Source: Candidatus Jordarchaeales archaeon
GTDB taxonomy: Archaea > Asgardarchaeota > Jordiarchaeia > Jordiarchaeales > Freyrarchaeaceae
Assembly: GCA_038889235.1 (NCBI GenBank)
Contig: JAWAHN010000003.1
Span: 323,703-355,702, forward strand
Reading direction: 5' to 3'
DNA length: 32,000 bases
Numbering within the stretch: the stretch's first letter is position 1; every line of letters starts with the position of its first letter. The notes beneath the pieces are model-generated. The model had not been told where the DNA came from, did no database searches, and saw nothing but the letters and a program-made list of their open reading frames with translations. This document shows positions 1-9,445 of this stretch, piece by piece. A program made the position numbers and the translations under genes.

Positions 1-820
1 TCTCTATGTTCTCTGCAAGCTTCTCCAGGTCGAACCTGCCCATTATGACGTAGGTGCCGCCGACGCCAAGCAGAATGTTGAAGAAGCCGAACTCAGCCAT
101 GTGGAACATGGGCATGCTCCCCACATGGGTATCCATGTGGCTGATCCCAAGCGCTGTAGCCAGCTGAATAGCGTTCACGACAAGGTTATAATGTGTGAGC
201 ATTGCCCCCTTCGGCGGCCCAGTTGTCCCGCCAGTGTAACATATCGTGGCTACATCTTCCACCGGGTCGATACTAACAGATACGGGTTTTGCCTCCCCGC
301 CTTCAATAAGCTCCTTGAGCCTGTACGTCCCCTCAACGTTGCCCCCAGTCACGATAACCCTCTCAACCTGCACTCTACTTCTAACATTCTGGAATACCGG
401 GTAGAGGTCGCTATGAATGACAAGGGTTGAAGCCTCTGCGTCACTCATAACTTGCTCGAGCTCGTACTCCCGATACATAGGGTTGATCGGAACCTGTATC
501 GCTCCAAGCTTCCAGTTCGCATACGTGACTAAAACGTAGTCGGGGGAGTTTGGAAGCATAACGCCAACCCTACTTCCCTTACGAACCCCAACACGAAGCA
601 AAGAGTTGGCAAGCCTATTAGTTAGCTCACCCAACATGTTGAACGTCATCACTTCAGGTGAATCAAACGTAAACCTCGGCTCAGCATATATCAAGGCAGT
701 CTTCTCACCATACTTTCTGACGGCGTTATCCAAGTACTCCCCCAGAGAAATTTTTGGATAATAGAGCGAGGGAAAACCAATTCTATAAGAAAGCTTCCTA
801 ACATCCACCAAACCAACCAC
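1..820 (-). CDS. AMP-binding long-chain fatty acid--CoA ligase, N-terminal part (runs off the window start)
   Basis: Not in the ORF track. Manual translation of the minus strand from GTG at 820 (or 808) is open to base 2: MDVRKLSYRIGFPSLYYP...VGVMLPNSP...VPINPMYREYELE...YTGGTTGPPKGAMLTHYN...SMPMFH. The AMP-binding signature YTGGTTGxPKG is present. Confidence 0.93.
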   Translation of the reverse strand, partial: MVGLVDVRKLSYRIGFPSLYYPKISLGEYLDNAVRKYGEKTALIYAEPRFTFDSPEVMTFNMLGELTNRLANSLLRVGVRKGSRVGVMLPNSPDYVLVTYANWKLGAIQVPINPMYREYELEQVMSDAEASTLVIHSDLYPVFQNVRSRVQVERVIVTGGNVEGTYRLKELIEGGEAKPVSVSIDPVEDVATICYTGGTTGPPKGAMLTHYNLVVNAIQLATALGISHMDTHVGSMPMFHMAEFGFFNILLGVGGTYVIMGRFDLEKLAENIE

Positions 821-840
821 CCAAGCCACCGCTACACAAC

Positions 841-859
841 TACTTTAAGCTTTAAAGTA
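841..859. promoter_or_regulatory. Perfect inverted repeat TACTTTAA-GCT-TTAAAGTA next to a TATA-like box (858-865, TTTAAATA on minus) upstream of the acyl-CoA ligase; candidate operator
   Basis: 8-bp arms at 841-848 and 852-859, lying 21-39 bp upstream of GTG 820. Confidence 0.45.
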
Positions 860-1993
860 TTTAAAAAATATAGATTTTTTAAACGCAAGGCAATAACGTA
901 ACCGTATTAAAAACTACACCTTAAAAATCCAAGGGAGCCTTTAACGAAGACGCCTGAGGAAGGATATCATAAAGGAGGACTGCGTGAGTTTTAAGCGGGA
1001 AAAACAACCTAATGTGGAAAATCGGACCCGGTATGTTTCAATAGGTAAATTTCTCCCTTCTAACACATTTAGAAATTTTCCTTGTCCATGGATGCTGGGA
1101 TCGCGCCGGCCGTCTAACTCCACTTTAAAATGCAACGCGTCTATGGCTATGCCTTATAGGGCACGGAGACGGTGTGCTGACGCAAAAATTCCTGTTGCAG
1201 TCAACCAGCATCTCTGGGTGAATAACTAGGTCAGGAAGTTCTCGCCTCACCAGCCACATCGACCCTGACCCTCCTTGCCAGGGTTCCGCAAACTCCCCAG
1301 CAAACGACGCTAGGCTCAAGAAGGATAAATCGACATTTGGCGTCTGAAAGCCTCTAAAAGAAGCGCCGGGAGATAAGTTTACAGCGTATCCTTCAACTTT
1401 GACAGAACCTAAGCATTAATTGCCAAGATGCAATTTTCCAAAGGAAAAATATTCTCGCTTTCTTTAAGGTCGTAGGGACAACGAACCCACAACAAGTGCT
1501 CATCCAGCAAAAGTTAAGGCATCCAGACTGACAATTACCACCGCACCTCCAAACACCCATCAAACTACTAGAAGGTTACACGTGCAACAATAATGCTGGT
1601 GCCTTCCAAAACATCATACACGGAAACAAGAAGCCAACAAAACGCATGACACCGATTTTTCGAGAACTTCCTTCAAACCCGGAGTAATAACAACCACAAG
1701 TCTAACGAGCAATACTTTCAGACTCATTGAATCTAGAACTAGCTCTTTTCAACGTGAAATACATCCAGAAATCTTTGGCAATAGTCCGGCAAGCGATCCG
1801 CAAACCAGTCCAGAAGTGCTTTTACTTGAATGGTTGATGCGCGCTTCTCATGGAAACCTCTTATAGGAGGCTGGATCGGCCCTTTGGAGGGCGCCCATTA
1901 CGGTCTCCTTTCAAGCCTGGCGAAGCCGTGTGCTGAAAACAGGCTTACGCGAAAACAGTTAATTTATATTTTCACCTACTCATATTAAATTAC

Positions 1994-3247
1994 ATGAAGG
2001 GTGATCTCGGATATATTGTTGAAGTTTTGGATGAAGCTTATGAGCGCTTGAAAGGTTCTTATTTGGAGTCATCTGTTCTCGGCCCTGCTAGGATTTACTC
2101 TGCCAGGAACGAGGTTGATAGGGAATTTTGGGTGTTGTTTTGTGCATTAGTGGATTTTCAAGTGCCTGTGATGAGTGTCTTGAAACCTATGTTGATGGGG
2201 CTTATTGAGTTCATGGAAAAGGAGAGGTTAAGGTTCATCGAGCTTATTCATGATGATGAATCGGCTAGAAGGGTGCTCAGCGAATTTAGCTGGGTTAGTG
2301 GTGGGGGCACCAGGAATATAGGTTTCAAGCACAGGTTTGTCAAAATTGACGACATAATCTCTCTTTTCAGAGTTTTTAGGAAGATCATTGAAGAGAAAGG
2401 CTCGCTTGGCTCCTTTGTAAAAGAAGTTTACGAGAAATCATTGAGCAGAGAAGAGCCTGTCGAGGGAGTTGTCTTCGGACTTGTAAAACTACTCAGCGGT
2501 TATGGTGGTAGGCCACCGCTAGTCCCCGTTGAGTGCACGTCTGCCCTTAAACGCTTAAACCTTTTTATGAGGTGGATGGTTAGACCTTACCCCGACCTTA
2601 ACCTGTGGAACTTCATCGATAAAAGACACCTTCTCGTTTCCCTAGATGACGGCTTGAGGAGGGTGTTGTCGAGGGCTTTCTCGGTTAACGTTAGGCCCAA
2701 CTGGCGTGGCGTCATCGACGCGACAAGGTTCCTAAGAAAGTTAAACCCGGACGACCCAGTGAAGTATGATTACCTGCTCTCCAGAGTCTCAATAATGGGG
2801 TACTGCGCTAAGGAGCTGGAGAAGTCAAGGTGCTACCTTTGCCCACTTGTGAACCTCTGCGAAGCGTCAAGGTTCAAGCCTGAGCCACACCACGTTCCCC
2901 TAAAGGGGAAAGAGCGGGAGATATTCGAAAAATTTCTTTCTGTTTACGGGGAAGAGTTCGACTCAGTTACAACGGAGTACCCATTGGAAGGTTATAGAGC
3001 TGACGCGGTTTTACACAGGAGGAGCTGCGAAACTTGGATTGTAGAGGTTGAGGAGAAGCTTAATTATAACGCGATAGGGCAAGTGGTGACGTACCGCTAC
3101 TTATTTTTTAAGACCCGTGGAGTGAAAGCTAAGCCAGTGATAGTGTGTTTGAGGAGCGACAAGAGACTGAGGGAAGCCTGTGAGGTGGAACAAGGAGTGG
3201 AGGTGGTCGAGGTGGGGGTTGAGCAGCATGGCTTTCGCATTGTTTAG
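1994..3247 (+). CDS. DUF2400/TIGR02757-like (endonuclease III HhH-related) protein with 4Cys Fe-S-like motif, fused to a C-terminal PD-(D/E)XK-like nuclease domain
   Basis: SALKRLNLFMRWMVR...DLNLW...VSLD...DPVKYDY are DUF2400 hallmarks. CAKELEKSRCYLCPLVNLC is C-x8-C-x2-C-x5-C. The C-terminal EYPLEGYRADAV...WIVEVEEKLNYNAIGQVVTY is restriction-endonuclease-like. Confidence 0.8.
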   Translation: MKGDLGYIVEVLDEAYERLKGSYLESSVLGPARIYSARNEVDREFWVLFCALVDFQVPVMSVLKPMLMGLIEFMEKERLRFIELIHDDESARRVLSEFSWVSGGGTRNIGFKHRFVKIDDIISLFRVFRKIIEEKGSLGSFVKEVYEKSLSREEPVEGVVFGLVKLLSGYGGRPPLVPVECTSALKRLNLFMRWMVRPYPDLNLWNFIDKRHLLVSLDDGLRRVLSRAFSVNVRPNWRGVIDATRFLRKLNPDDPVKYDYLLSRVSIMGYCAKELEKSRCYLCPLVNLCEASRFKPEPHHVPLKGKEREIFEKFLSVYGEEFDSVTTEYPLEGYRADAVLHRRSCETWIVEVEEKLNYNAIGQVVTYRYLFFKTRGVKAKPVIVCLRSDKRLREACEVEQGVEVVEVGVEQHGFRIV

Positions 3248-3371
3248 GTTTAGCTTGAATTTTTAGCGTTTTTCCAGGCGAGTTACGCCTGTTTTGCTTG
3301 TTGAGCGCTGTTTTTCTCGTTTTGGTAATTCTAAGTGAAATTTTTATTTTTACTTTGTTCCTTATTCTTGG

Positions 3372-4649
3372 TTGGGGGGTATTGTCGTGATAGTTCAAGT
3401 TTCTGGTGACCCGGATAGGTATAGTAGTGTGAGGTATGTGTTGGGGGATCGTTTTGAGGAGGCTTGTTATAGTTCTGAGGCTTTGAGGAGGTTTTTGGGT
3501 GACGATGTTTTGCTCTTAGTTCCAGAAAGCCTGGCGGCTAATATTGATGATTTTAGGGAAAAGGTCAGGAAGAAGGGGTTGAACGAGTTTAAGTTGCACG
3601 TGATTCCGGCTGTGGGGGAGTATCTTGTCGATGGTTCTAGGAAGAGGTTTTTGACGAATTTCGATGATGTTGCCGTCGCAATTTTTCTTCACTTTTTGAT
3701 GGAAAAACCTGATAGACTTATTGTGGATATATCGACTGGACACAACGTATATACTGTTGCCATGGTTGAGGCGGCTAGGGGTTATGCCACTTACAGGAAG
3801 CTGGAGGACATATTGCAGGGTTCAGAGGGCGAGCCAGAGTTCAACGTGGAGATTGCGTCGTCTCCTCCAATAATGAAGGATGTTTCAGAAGTTGGCATTG
3901 AGTTGCATCCTTTGTCCGTGAAGGCTTTCTTTTCGCTCCCTGTAGCTGACCCCGACAAGCTACTTGGTAAAGGTGCTGGCAATGAACTCAAGAAAGTGGC
4001 TGGGGAGATAGGTAAGAAGTATACTGACCTCAAGAAGGGTTTTAGGAGCTTGTATGATGAGCTTCAAGTGGCTTTCAACGCTGTGAGGTACAATGTTCCA
4101 CTCGCCTTTTACACTCCTGAGGTTCTGGTGCTGAACCTGGACGCAGATGAAGTTGAGGTGGGTATGATTGAGTTTGTGAAGGAGCTTTTGAAGCCGCTCG
4201 ACGAAAACGAGGTCGTGAAAAGAATCCCCTTAAGCTTTAGGGCAATTTTAAACGTTTTTTACGCGATAGCGCTCTACAGGGGGTTCCAAAAGTTTATGAG
4301 AAGTCTCAGTGAGCCGAGCATCGAGGAGATCCGTAGAGTGTTCCTGCAACTGTACAAGAAGGAGAGCGTCGGAGCAGCGGTTAACGAGTACTTCCTGGAC
4401 AACGAGCTACGCAAGATAGAGGAGCTAAAGGAGAAGATAAGTGGGAAGGTGCGCCTTCTAGACCTCTATAGTGCCGGATGCACAGCGGAGGGAGTGCTTA
4501 GCGGCAGCTCGGATATTAAGAGGAACTTTTTCGCCCACAGTGGATTGCTAAAGGAGTGTACTGAGGTTGAACTTAAAAACGGCAAGATATACTTGAGCTG
4601 GACGAAGGATAGAGTTGGAGAGATAAAGAAGTGGCTGAAGAAACCGTAG
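3372..4649 (+). CDS. csx1: CRISPR-associated CARF-HEPN ribonuclease Csx1 (start may be GTG 3387)
   Basis: The N-terminal Rossmann/CARF region has DISTGHN (a DxTHG-family variant). The C-terminal HEPN motif is RNFFAHSG. The length of about 425 aa is typical. Confidence 0.9.
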   Translation: MGGIVVIVQVSGDPDRYSSVRYVLGDRFEEACYSSEALRRFLGDDVLLLVPESLAANIDDFREKVRKKGLNEFKLHVIPAVGEYLVDGSRKRFLTNFDDVAVAIFLHFLMEKPDRLIVDISTGHNVYTVAMVEAARGYATYRKLEDILQGSEGEPEFNVEIASSPPIMKDVSEVGIELHPLSVKAFFSLPVADPDKLLGKGAGNELKKVAGEIGKKYTDLKKGFRSLYDELQVAFNAVRYNVPLAFYTPEVLVLNLDADEVEVGMIEFVKELLKPLDENEVVKRIPLSFRAILNVFYAIALYRGFQKFMRSLSEPSIEEIRRVFLQLYKKESVGAAVNEYFLDNELRKIEELKEKISGKVRLLDLYSAGCTAEGVLSGSSDIKRNFFAHSGLLKECTEVELKNGKIYLSWTKDRVGEIKKWLKKP

Positions 4650-4816
4650 GTTGGTTTGTAAAGCTAAGGCTGGCGATGACTAAACATGAGGCTTGTGGTT
4701 GGCGAAGTGGGCCTTAGTTGAAATCCCACGAGCTCTGGTGGAAGATGGTTTCCTCCTGAGGGACGCCGATGCGTGTTTAAGAGGGACATTTAAAAAAGGG
4801 TTTCCGTTCCCCCTCC

Positions 4817-5238
4817 TCAGGTACAGCTTTATGTTTCGTTTCGATGCCAGCTTTTTCAGTTTCCTATCAAAGGTTGCCGGGGGTAGCTTGCCTAAGGAGG
4901 CGGTATTAAAGGATCGATGCATCGTTGAAGTGTGATGTGGGAGGCCCACGGTGTGCTTCGCCTCGTCATGAAGGTCGAGGTCTTCAAAGATGTCATATTG
5001 GGATGCTTGCGACTATTACCACGCGCATCCGCTCATTCCCTTCCTCTACCGACCGCTCTATTTCTTCAGGACTTAGCTTCCTTCTGAGCCTTAGCGTCCT
5101 CCTTTTCTCGTTCAGCTTCCTTATCAAGATCCCGTCCACCTCGACCTCGAGCATTCCACCCTCTTTTATCTCGAGGGATTTCGTGACGGAAGCCGGAACC
5201 GCAATCTAATAGTTGCAAGCAACCTTCGTCACCAGCAC
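4817..5238 (-). pseudogene. Degraded vapBC pair: AbrB/MazE-type antitoxin (5238 to about 5030, in-frame TAG at codon 11) and PIN toxin remnant (5028 to about 4817, frameshifted, probably internally deleted)
   Basis: The antitoxin reads MLVTKVACNY*IAVPASVTKSLEIKEGGMLEVEVDG (AbrB pattern). PIN pieces MRVVIVASIP / DIFEDLDLHDEAK / ATFDRKLKKLA fall in different frames. Confidence 0.75.
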
Positions 5239-5638
5239 AATATTTACTTCCCTCACACTATTGAAGAAACCTTTAGAATAAAGTTCGACGTAGGATCTTC
5301 TTTTTCCTTGATTTTTCTTATTTCTCCAGAGATGATGTAGAGGGAGCTGGTTAGAGAAGCTCCACAGCAATTTAACATGCTGGGCTGACGATGACCGAGT
5401 TCGTCCTCGCCAGCAAGCTTCATGAAGGCAGGTTCGCAAGCCTCTGCAGAAGCTCAGGGAAGCAAAGCGACTAATGGAAACACTTCAAAGAGACAATTTA
5501 GATAAGGAACATGTCCAAGTGAAAGAAGACGAAAGATTATTTCACGTCAGCGTCAAAGGTCTTTTGAGGGGGACGATAGACTCCTTTACTGACAGCACTC
5601 GGGGACCGTTGAAAGACGCATTAAAAATAACGGCGGGT

Positions 5639-6688
5639 TTATGTCAGGTCTCCCTCTAGCCAATCACTAGAAGGCGGCTTACCGGGCGGCCACCGTACCA
5701 CCTTTTCGAGAGCCATCTTAATATCATAACCAATCTTATTAATTTCATCACGAAAGTAACGGTGGTAACGAGAGTAACGATGCATCCTGCCTGCTCCGAA
5801 GGCCATGAAAGAAAAAACTTTTATGGTTATCTGCGTCCTGTCATTCTCCTTCCTCACAAGCGTGATTGTGAATGTGGGACGCGTTAGAAGGCTGAATGAG
5901 GGTATTGGAAGGGGAGTGATTATTATCTCTGGAATGATTTTTATCTTTGTAAGGGTGAGGGATGTTTTGTACTTATCGTGTCCTCCTCTTTCGTGTTTTT
6001 CTATTGCGTTTGATATCCTTTCGGTTCCCGCGTGGAGAAGCATTAGTCCGGCGGATAGCGGAATAAAGGAGGATAAGGTGAATCTCATTGCGGAAGCAAA
6101 AAGTTCATTGGAAAAATTGACCAACATGAATAATTGGAGCTGGAAAGCTGTGAATTCGGACCTAAGAACCGAAATGTACGAAAAGAGAAATAAGTAATTG
6201 AGTGTGGGTATGCCGCCGGTTACACCCCCTACCTGTGAAAGTCCGGACAGAAATGCTGGTAAAAGAAGGGTGAGACTGATGTATGAGAACTTATACTGGA
6301 AAATTTTTCTTGTAAGATACCAAGCCACCATTTGTGTGGCAATAAAAATTGCGATCGCTCCTTTAAAGCAGAATGTAAAAGTTACTTCATTGCTGAGCGT
6401 CATGGGGATTACGAAGACAAGGCATAAGAAAAAGAATACAGTATCATATGGGGGTGTCATGTTAAAAGCTATGGAATGGGCCAAGAATACTAGAAAAGAC
6501 CATAATGTTATGGAGTAACTGAGAACCATTGGTGACCAGAACAGTATGCCGAAGATGTAGAGAAGGAATGCGCCCACAATTACTTCGGCGTAACCTTTAT
6601 CTTCGCTGGGCCTAAACTTGAATTTGAATTTCTTGGACAAAATATCGACACATTCTTCTATACTAAGGGGAACAGTGAAAGTTAACAA
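5639..6688 (-). CDS. Hypothetical polytopic membrane protein (about 6-7 TM) with a soluble C-terminal region
   Basis: 349-aa ORF with a hydrophobic core and visibly AT-rich sequence. No family motif recognised. Confidence 0.7.
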   Translation of the reverse strand: MLTFTVPLSIEECVDILSKKFKFKFRPSEDKGYAEVIVGAFLLYIFGILFWSPMVLSYSITLWSFLVFLAHSIAFNMTPPYDTVFFFLCLVFVIPMTLSNEVTFTFCFKGAIAIFIATQMVAWYLTRKIFQYKFSYISLTLLLPAFLSGLSQVGGVTGGIPTLNYLFLFSYISVLRSEFTAFQLQLFMLVNFSNELFASAMRFTLSSFIPLSAGLMLLHAGTERISNAIEKHERGGHDKYKTSLTLTKIKIIPEIIITPLPIPSFSLLTRPTFTITLVRKENDRTQITIKVFSFMAFGAGRMHRYSRYHRYFRDEINKIGYDIKMALEKVVRWPPGKPPSSDWLEGDLT

Positions 6689-7270
6689 TCCTTACATTTC
6701 CCCCCACGTAGCAGCATCTTCGAAAAAATACAATACTTTGTTTTTTTCTTATATTCATTGTGGTTTTTGGTATACGTTACGTCAGCTATATGGTGTCAAC
6801 CTACTTTTCTTTGCCTGCTTCATGGATTAATTGTTGGAGCGCGTTCGGGGTCACGTAACATGATTGGCGGATTTCGGGTGCGGTATTATAATTTGGCAGT
6901 TGCAAGTGACCTTTGCTAGACGGGCACAAACTTTTTGCTCTAGGTTAAGGTGTATCTCTTTCTTCGCTTCTAGCGTTCTATTCAGTGTTTTTCCTTGTTT
7001 TTAATTGTATGGATCGCTGGTGCTGAGTCTTAGCTTTTCCGGTGCAACCTTGATGTCTTTCTGCTTGAGTGGTTCTTCGCTGCTGGTTTTTACGTCTAGA
7101 GTTTGGTAGAGGACGCGCTTCTAACTGCATCTACCAGATAGAGGACGACCAAGAAAACGAAGAATAGTTACTAAGGGGCAAGCTGGTTTATTTTTTTAAG
7201 CCAAAGTTTTTATTCTTGATTCAAATGTTCAGTGAGTTTTAGCGAAAATTGGTGGGGTATTGTGAATAAA

Positions 7271-7765
7271 TGGGTAAAAGTATGTGGAGGACGTCGTAAT
7301 GCTCCTGTAGATTTTGCTGGTAGTGTTGCCTTTGACGAAGAAGGGAACATTATTGTGGCTGAAAGCACGGGCTCCTTTGGTGCTGGAAAAGTGACGTTTG
7401 GGTTTTGAAGCTTAATGAGTATGGGGATGCGATGGCAGAGGACGTATGGAGGAGAAGGTGACGACTTTGCTGAGGACGTTACTGTCGATGATAACGGGAA
7501 CATTGTTGTGGTTGGAAGCACCGAGACGTTTTCGGCGGGAGATTACCCTGCGACCATGGTTTTGTGTCTGGGTCCTGACGGTGAGGTTTACAGCTCCCTC
7601 AAAAGATTCACAGTTACGAGTACAAACACGTTCCCAATCGTGACCAAAGCGTATTCCTCACTCACGCCAGCCAAAGTATCGTATGCGCGCTTGGAGCTAC
7701 TAAATACATGGAAAACAACGACGGACACCAAAGCCACGGTAACTGTATTGGCGCCGCCACAATAA
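7271..7765 (+). pseudogene. Remnant of a beta-propeller repeat (SBBP/WxxTYGG-type) surface protein
   Basis: Two repeats are visible: WVKVCGG...DFAGSVAFDEEGNIIVAESTGSFGAG[fs]DVWVLKLNEYGD[fs]WQRTYGGEGDDFAEDVTVDDNGNIVVVGSTETFSAG. Frameshifts lie near 7392 and 7430, and there is no N-terminus or signal peptide. Confidence 0.7.
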
Positions 7766-7857
7766 GATAAAACAAAAGAACCTCTAAGCGGCAAACCAAT
7801 TGCTTTTGTATGATTATTTTTGCCTTCCATGAGAGTTGAGGTCCTTTAGTGGTGTTG

Positions 7858-8170
7858 CTAGTCGATTTTTATTTCGGATATGTTCTCCAGAACTAGCTGG
7901 TCGCCGTATGCTCCTGTGCTTACTGCTCCGCTATTATTGATTTGTGGGTCTGGGATTATTTTCTTCACTAAAAGGAGCCCTGTCACGTAAATGGTTTTCC
8001 CCCACGAGTTCTTCATGATTTTCCAATTCTGGAATGTAAACGATGTCGTTCTTCAACTTTAGGCAGGGGCCCGATTTGCAGTTGACAACTAGGCCACTCA
8101 GGGTAACCCGTCTACCAAACATTCCTTCCGAAATGGAGTCAAGGGCTTTTCCGTCATCCGCGTTCACCAA
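7858..8170 (-). pseudogene. Small beta-rich hypothetical protein split by one extra G in a G5 run (about 8000)
   Basis: ORF 8170 (..VYIPELENHEELVG) continues in another frame as KTIYVTGLLLVKKIIPDPQINNSGAVSTGAYGDQLVLENISEIKID*, with TAG at 7858-7860. Confidence 0.55.
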
Positions 8171-8283
8171 CTTGGATTAAGAAACCAACGTTGTTTTATT
8201 TAACAGCGGCTCACCTAATTAGATTATTGGCTGTTGCCAGGCTTCATGATCATTTTTGTCTATGTTAGATAGTTTATCTCTAA

Positions 8284-8724
8284 TTAGGAAGCTTCCTTTT
8301 TTGCTACTCGCATTCTTTCGGCTGCCTCGTCGAACATCCTCCTAACCCCATCCAGGTATTGTTTGTCTGCGTGTATTATTATTCCTTCATTGAAGAGGTC
8401 GTATGCGGTCATTCTCGCTTCTTCACATAGAAGCTTGAACTCTTCAAGTGATAACACGTGGTACTCAACGCTGTGCCTCCTTATGATCACCGGTGGGAGG
8501 TCAAGCCTTTTCCAGTGCGGCCCCGAAACGCCCTCACATACTAGGATTACGTCTATGTCGCTTCCAGGATGCCAGTCACCTCTAGCGAATCTTCCAACAA
8601 CTCCGATAAGCTTGACCTTCTCGCCCGACGGGTCTATGATGGCCCTAACTTCGTGCATCTTTTTCTTCAGCTCTTCGATAATCTCCTCACGAAGTCTATC
8701 ACGCTCCTCGCTGCCTCCAGACAT
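8284..8724 (-). CDS. Minimal nucleotidyltransferase (MNT) antitoxin
   Basis: LIGVVGRFARGDWHPGSDIDVILV fits the G[S]xARG...SDxD motif. It overlaps the 3' end of an upstream HEPN gene. Confidence 0.85.
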   Translation of the reverse strand: MSGGSEERDRLREEIIEELKKKMHEVRAIIDPSGEKVKLIGVVGRFARGDWHPGSDIDVILVCEGVSGPHWKRLDLPPVIIRRHSVEYHVLSLEEFKLLCEEARMTAYDLFNEGIIIHADKQYLDGVRRMFDEAAERMRVAKKEAS

Positions 8725-9084
8725 TTCTCAGCATCCTTCTTTCCATACAGCTCGTAGGCGGCTAACTCCATTCCCGGGGGAAGATTTGGGTATTCTCGGT
8801 GGGGTGTAGTGTTTGTAAGCAGTTTAGCCTGCCATTCGAGGAAGCCTACCTGCACCCCGTAAATCTTCCCCGTCTCTAAGAGGAGGACGTAAACTGAATG
8901 GCCTCGCGTCTCGACGCCCTTCCTATATAGGGCGGATTTGAGGGCTTTCTCCGCCGCCTGCTGCGAGTGAAAGCATGAAGCGGCGTAGTGTAAGGTTTTC
9001 AGGAGCCTCAGCTACGGCCAAGTCCTCCACAGCGTCTTTAAGCCACCTTTCAGCTTCAGCATCCCATCGGGACAGTGCAACCAC
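8667..9084 (-). pseudogene. HEPN-domain toxin, frameshifted
   Basis: Reads AEAERWLKDAVEDLAVAE[fs near 9004]LLKTLHYAASCFHSQQAAEKALKSAL...GHSV...YPN...DAEKCLEAARSVIDFV. A further compensating indel pair at about 8792-8820 scrambles L-D-K-H-Y-x-P-x-R-Y. Confidence 0.85.
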
Positions 9085-9214
9085 CAACTAGCAGGACGAC
9101 TGTGGTTAATTCAGGCGTTTCAGGGTATTTAGGTTGCCGTGGCTTTCCGGTTATACGTGTTGCTTCTTTCATGGCGCGAACTTCTTTTATAGATTGCAGT
9201 TCAGGTTTTTCTTG

Positions 9215-9445
9215 GTGGTGGCTTTTGGTGATGTTGATGTTGTTTCTGAGTGCTTGAGGAGTATTGATGGGGTTGAGTTCGCCATATGGTTTGGCTCCAG
9301 CTGCAGGGGGAGGGTGCGCAAGTTTAGTGACTTGGATATTGGGATTTACGTTTCAAGGGACCTGAGCGTCCGGGAGCTGATGAACAAGATTCCCTTTCTT
9401 GAGAGGCTTGTTGATTTGAAGATCCTGAACGACGCTCCGCCTCCT
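9215..9445 (+). pseudogene. Truncated MNT nucleotidyltransferase
   Basis: FAIWFGSSCRGRVRKFSDLDIGIYV...VDLKILNDAPP is followed by unrelated sequence. No cognate HEPN/DUF86 gene follows. Confidence 0.7.

Noticed and set aside
900-1960. About 1 kb without a credible gene; short ORFs 941..1135, 984..1229 and 1125..1319, and a stop-interrupted minus frame near 1620-1830
   Set aside because: No family motif was recognised in any frame. It may be decayed coding sequence, but I cannot support a call.
5206-5208. In-frame TAG in the AbrB gene as pyrrolysine or readthrough
   Set aside because: It sits where Gln (CAG) is expected, and the adjacent PIN gene is also broken, so a nonsense mutation is simpler.
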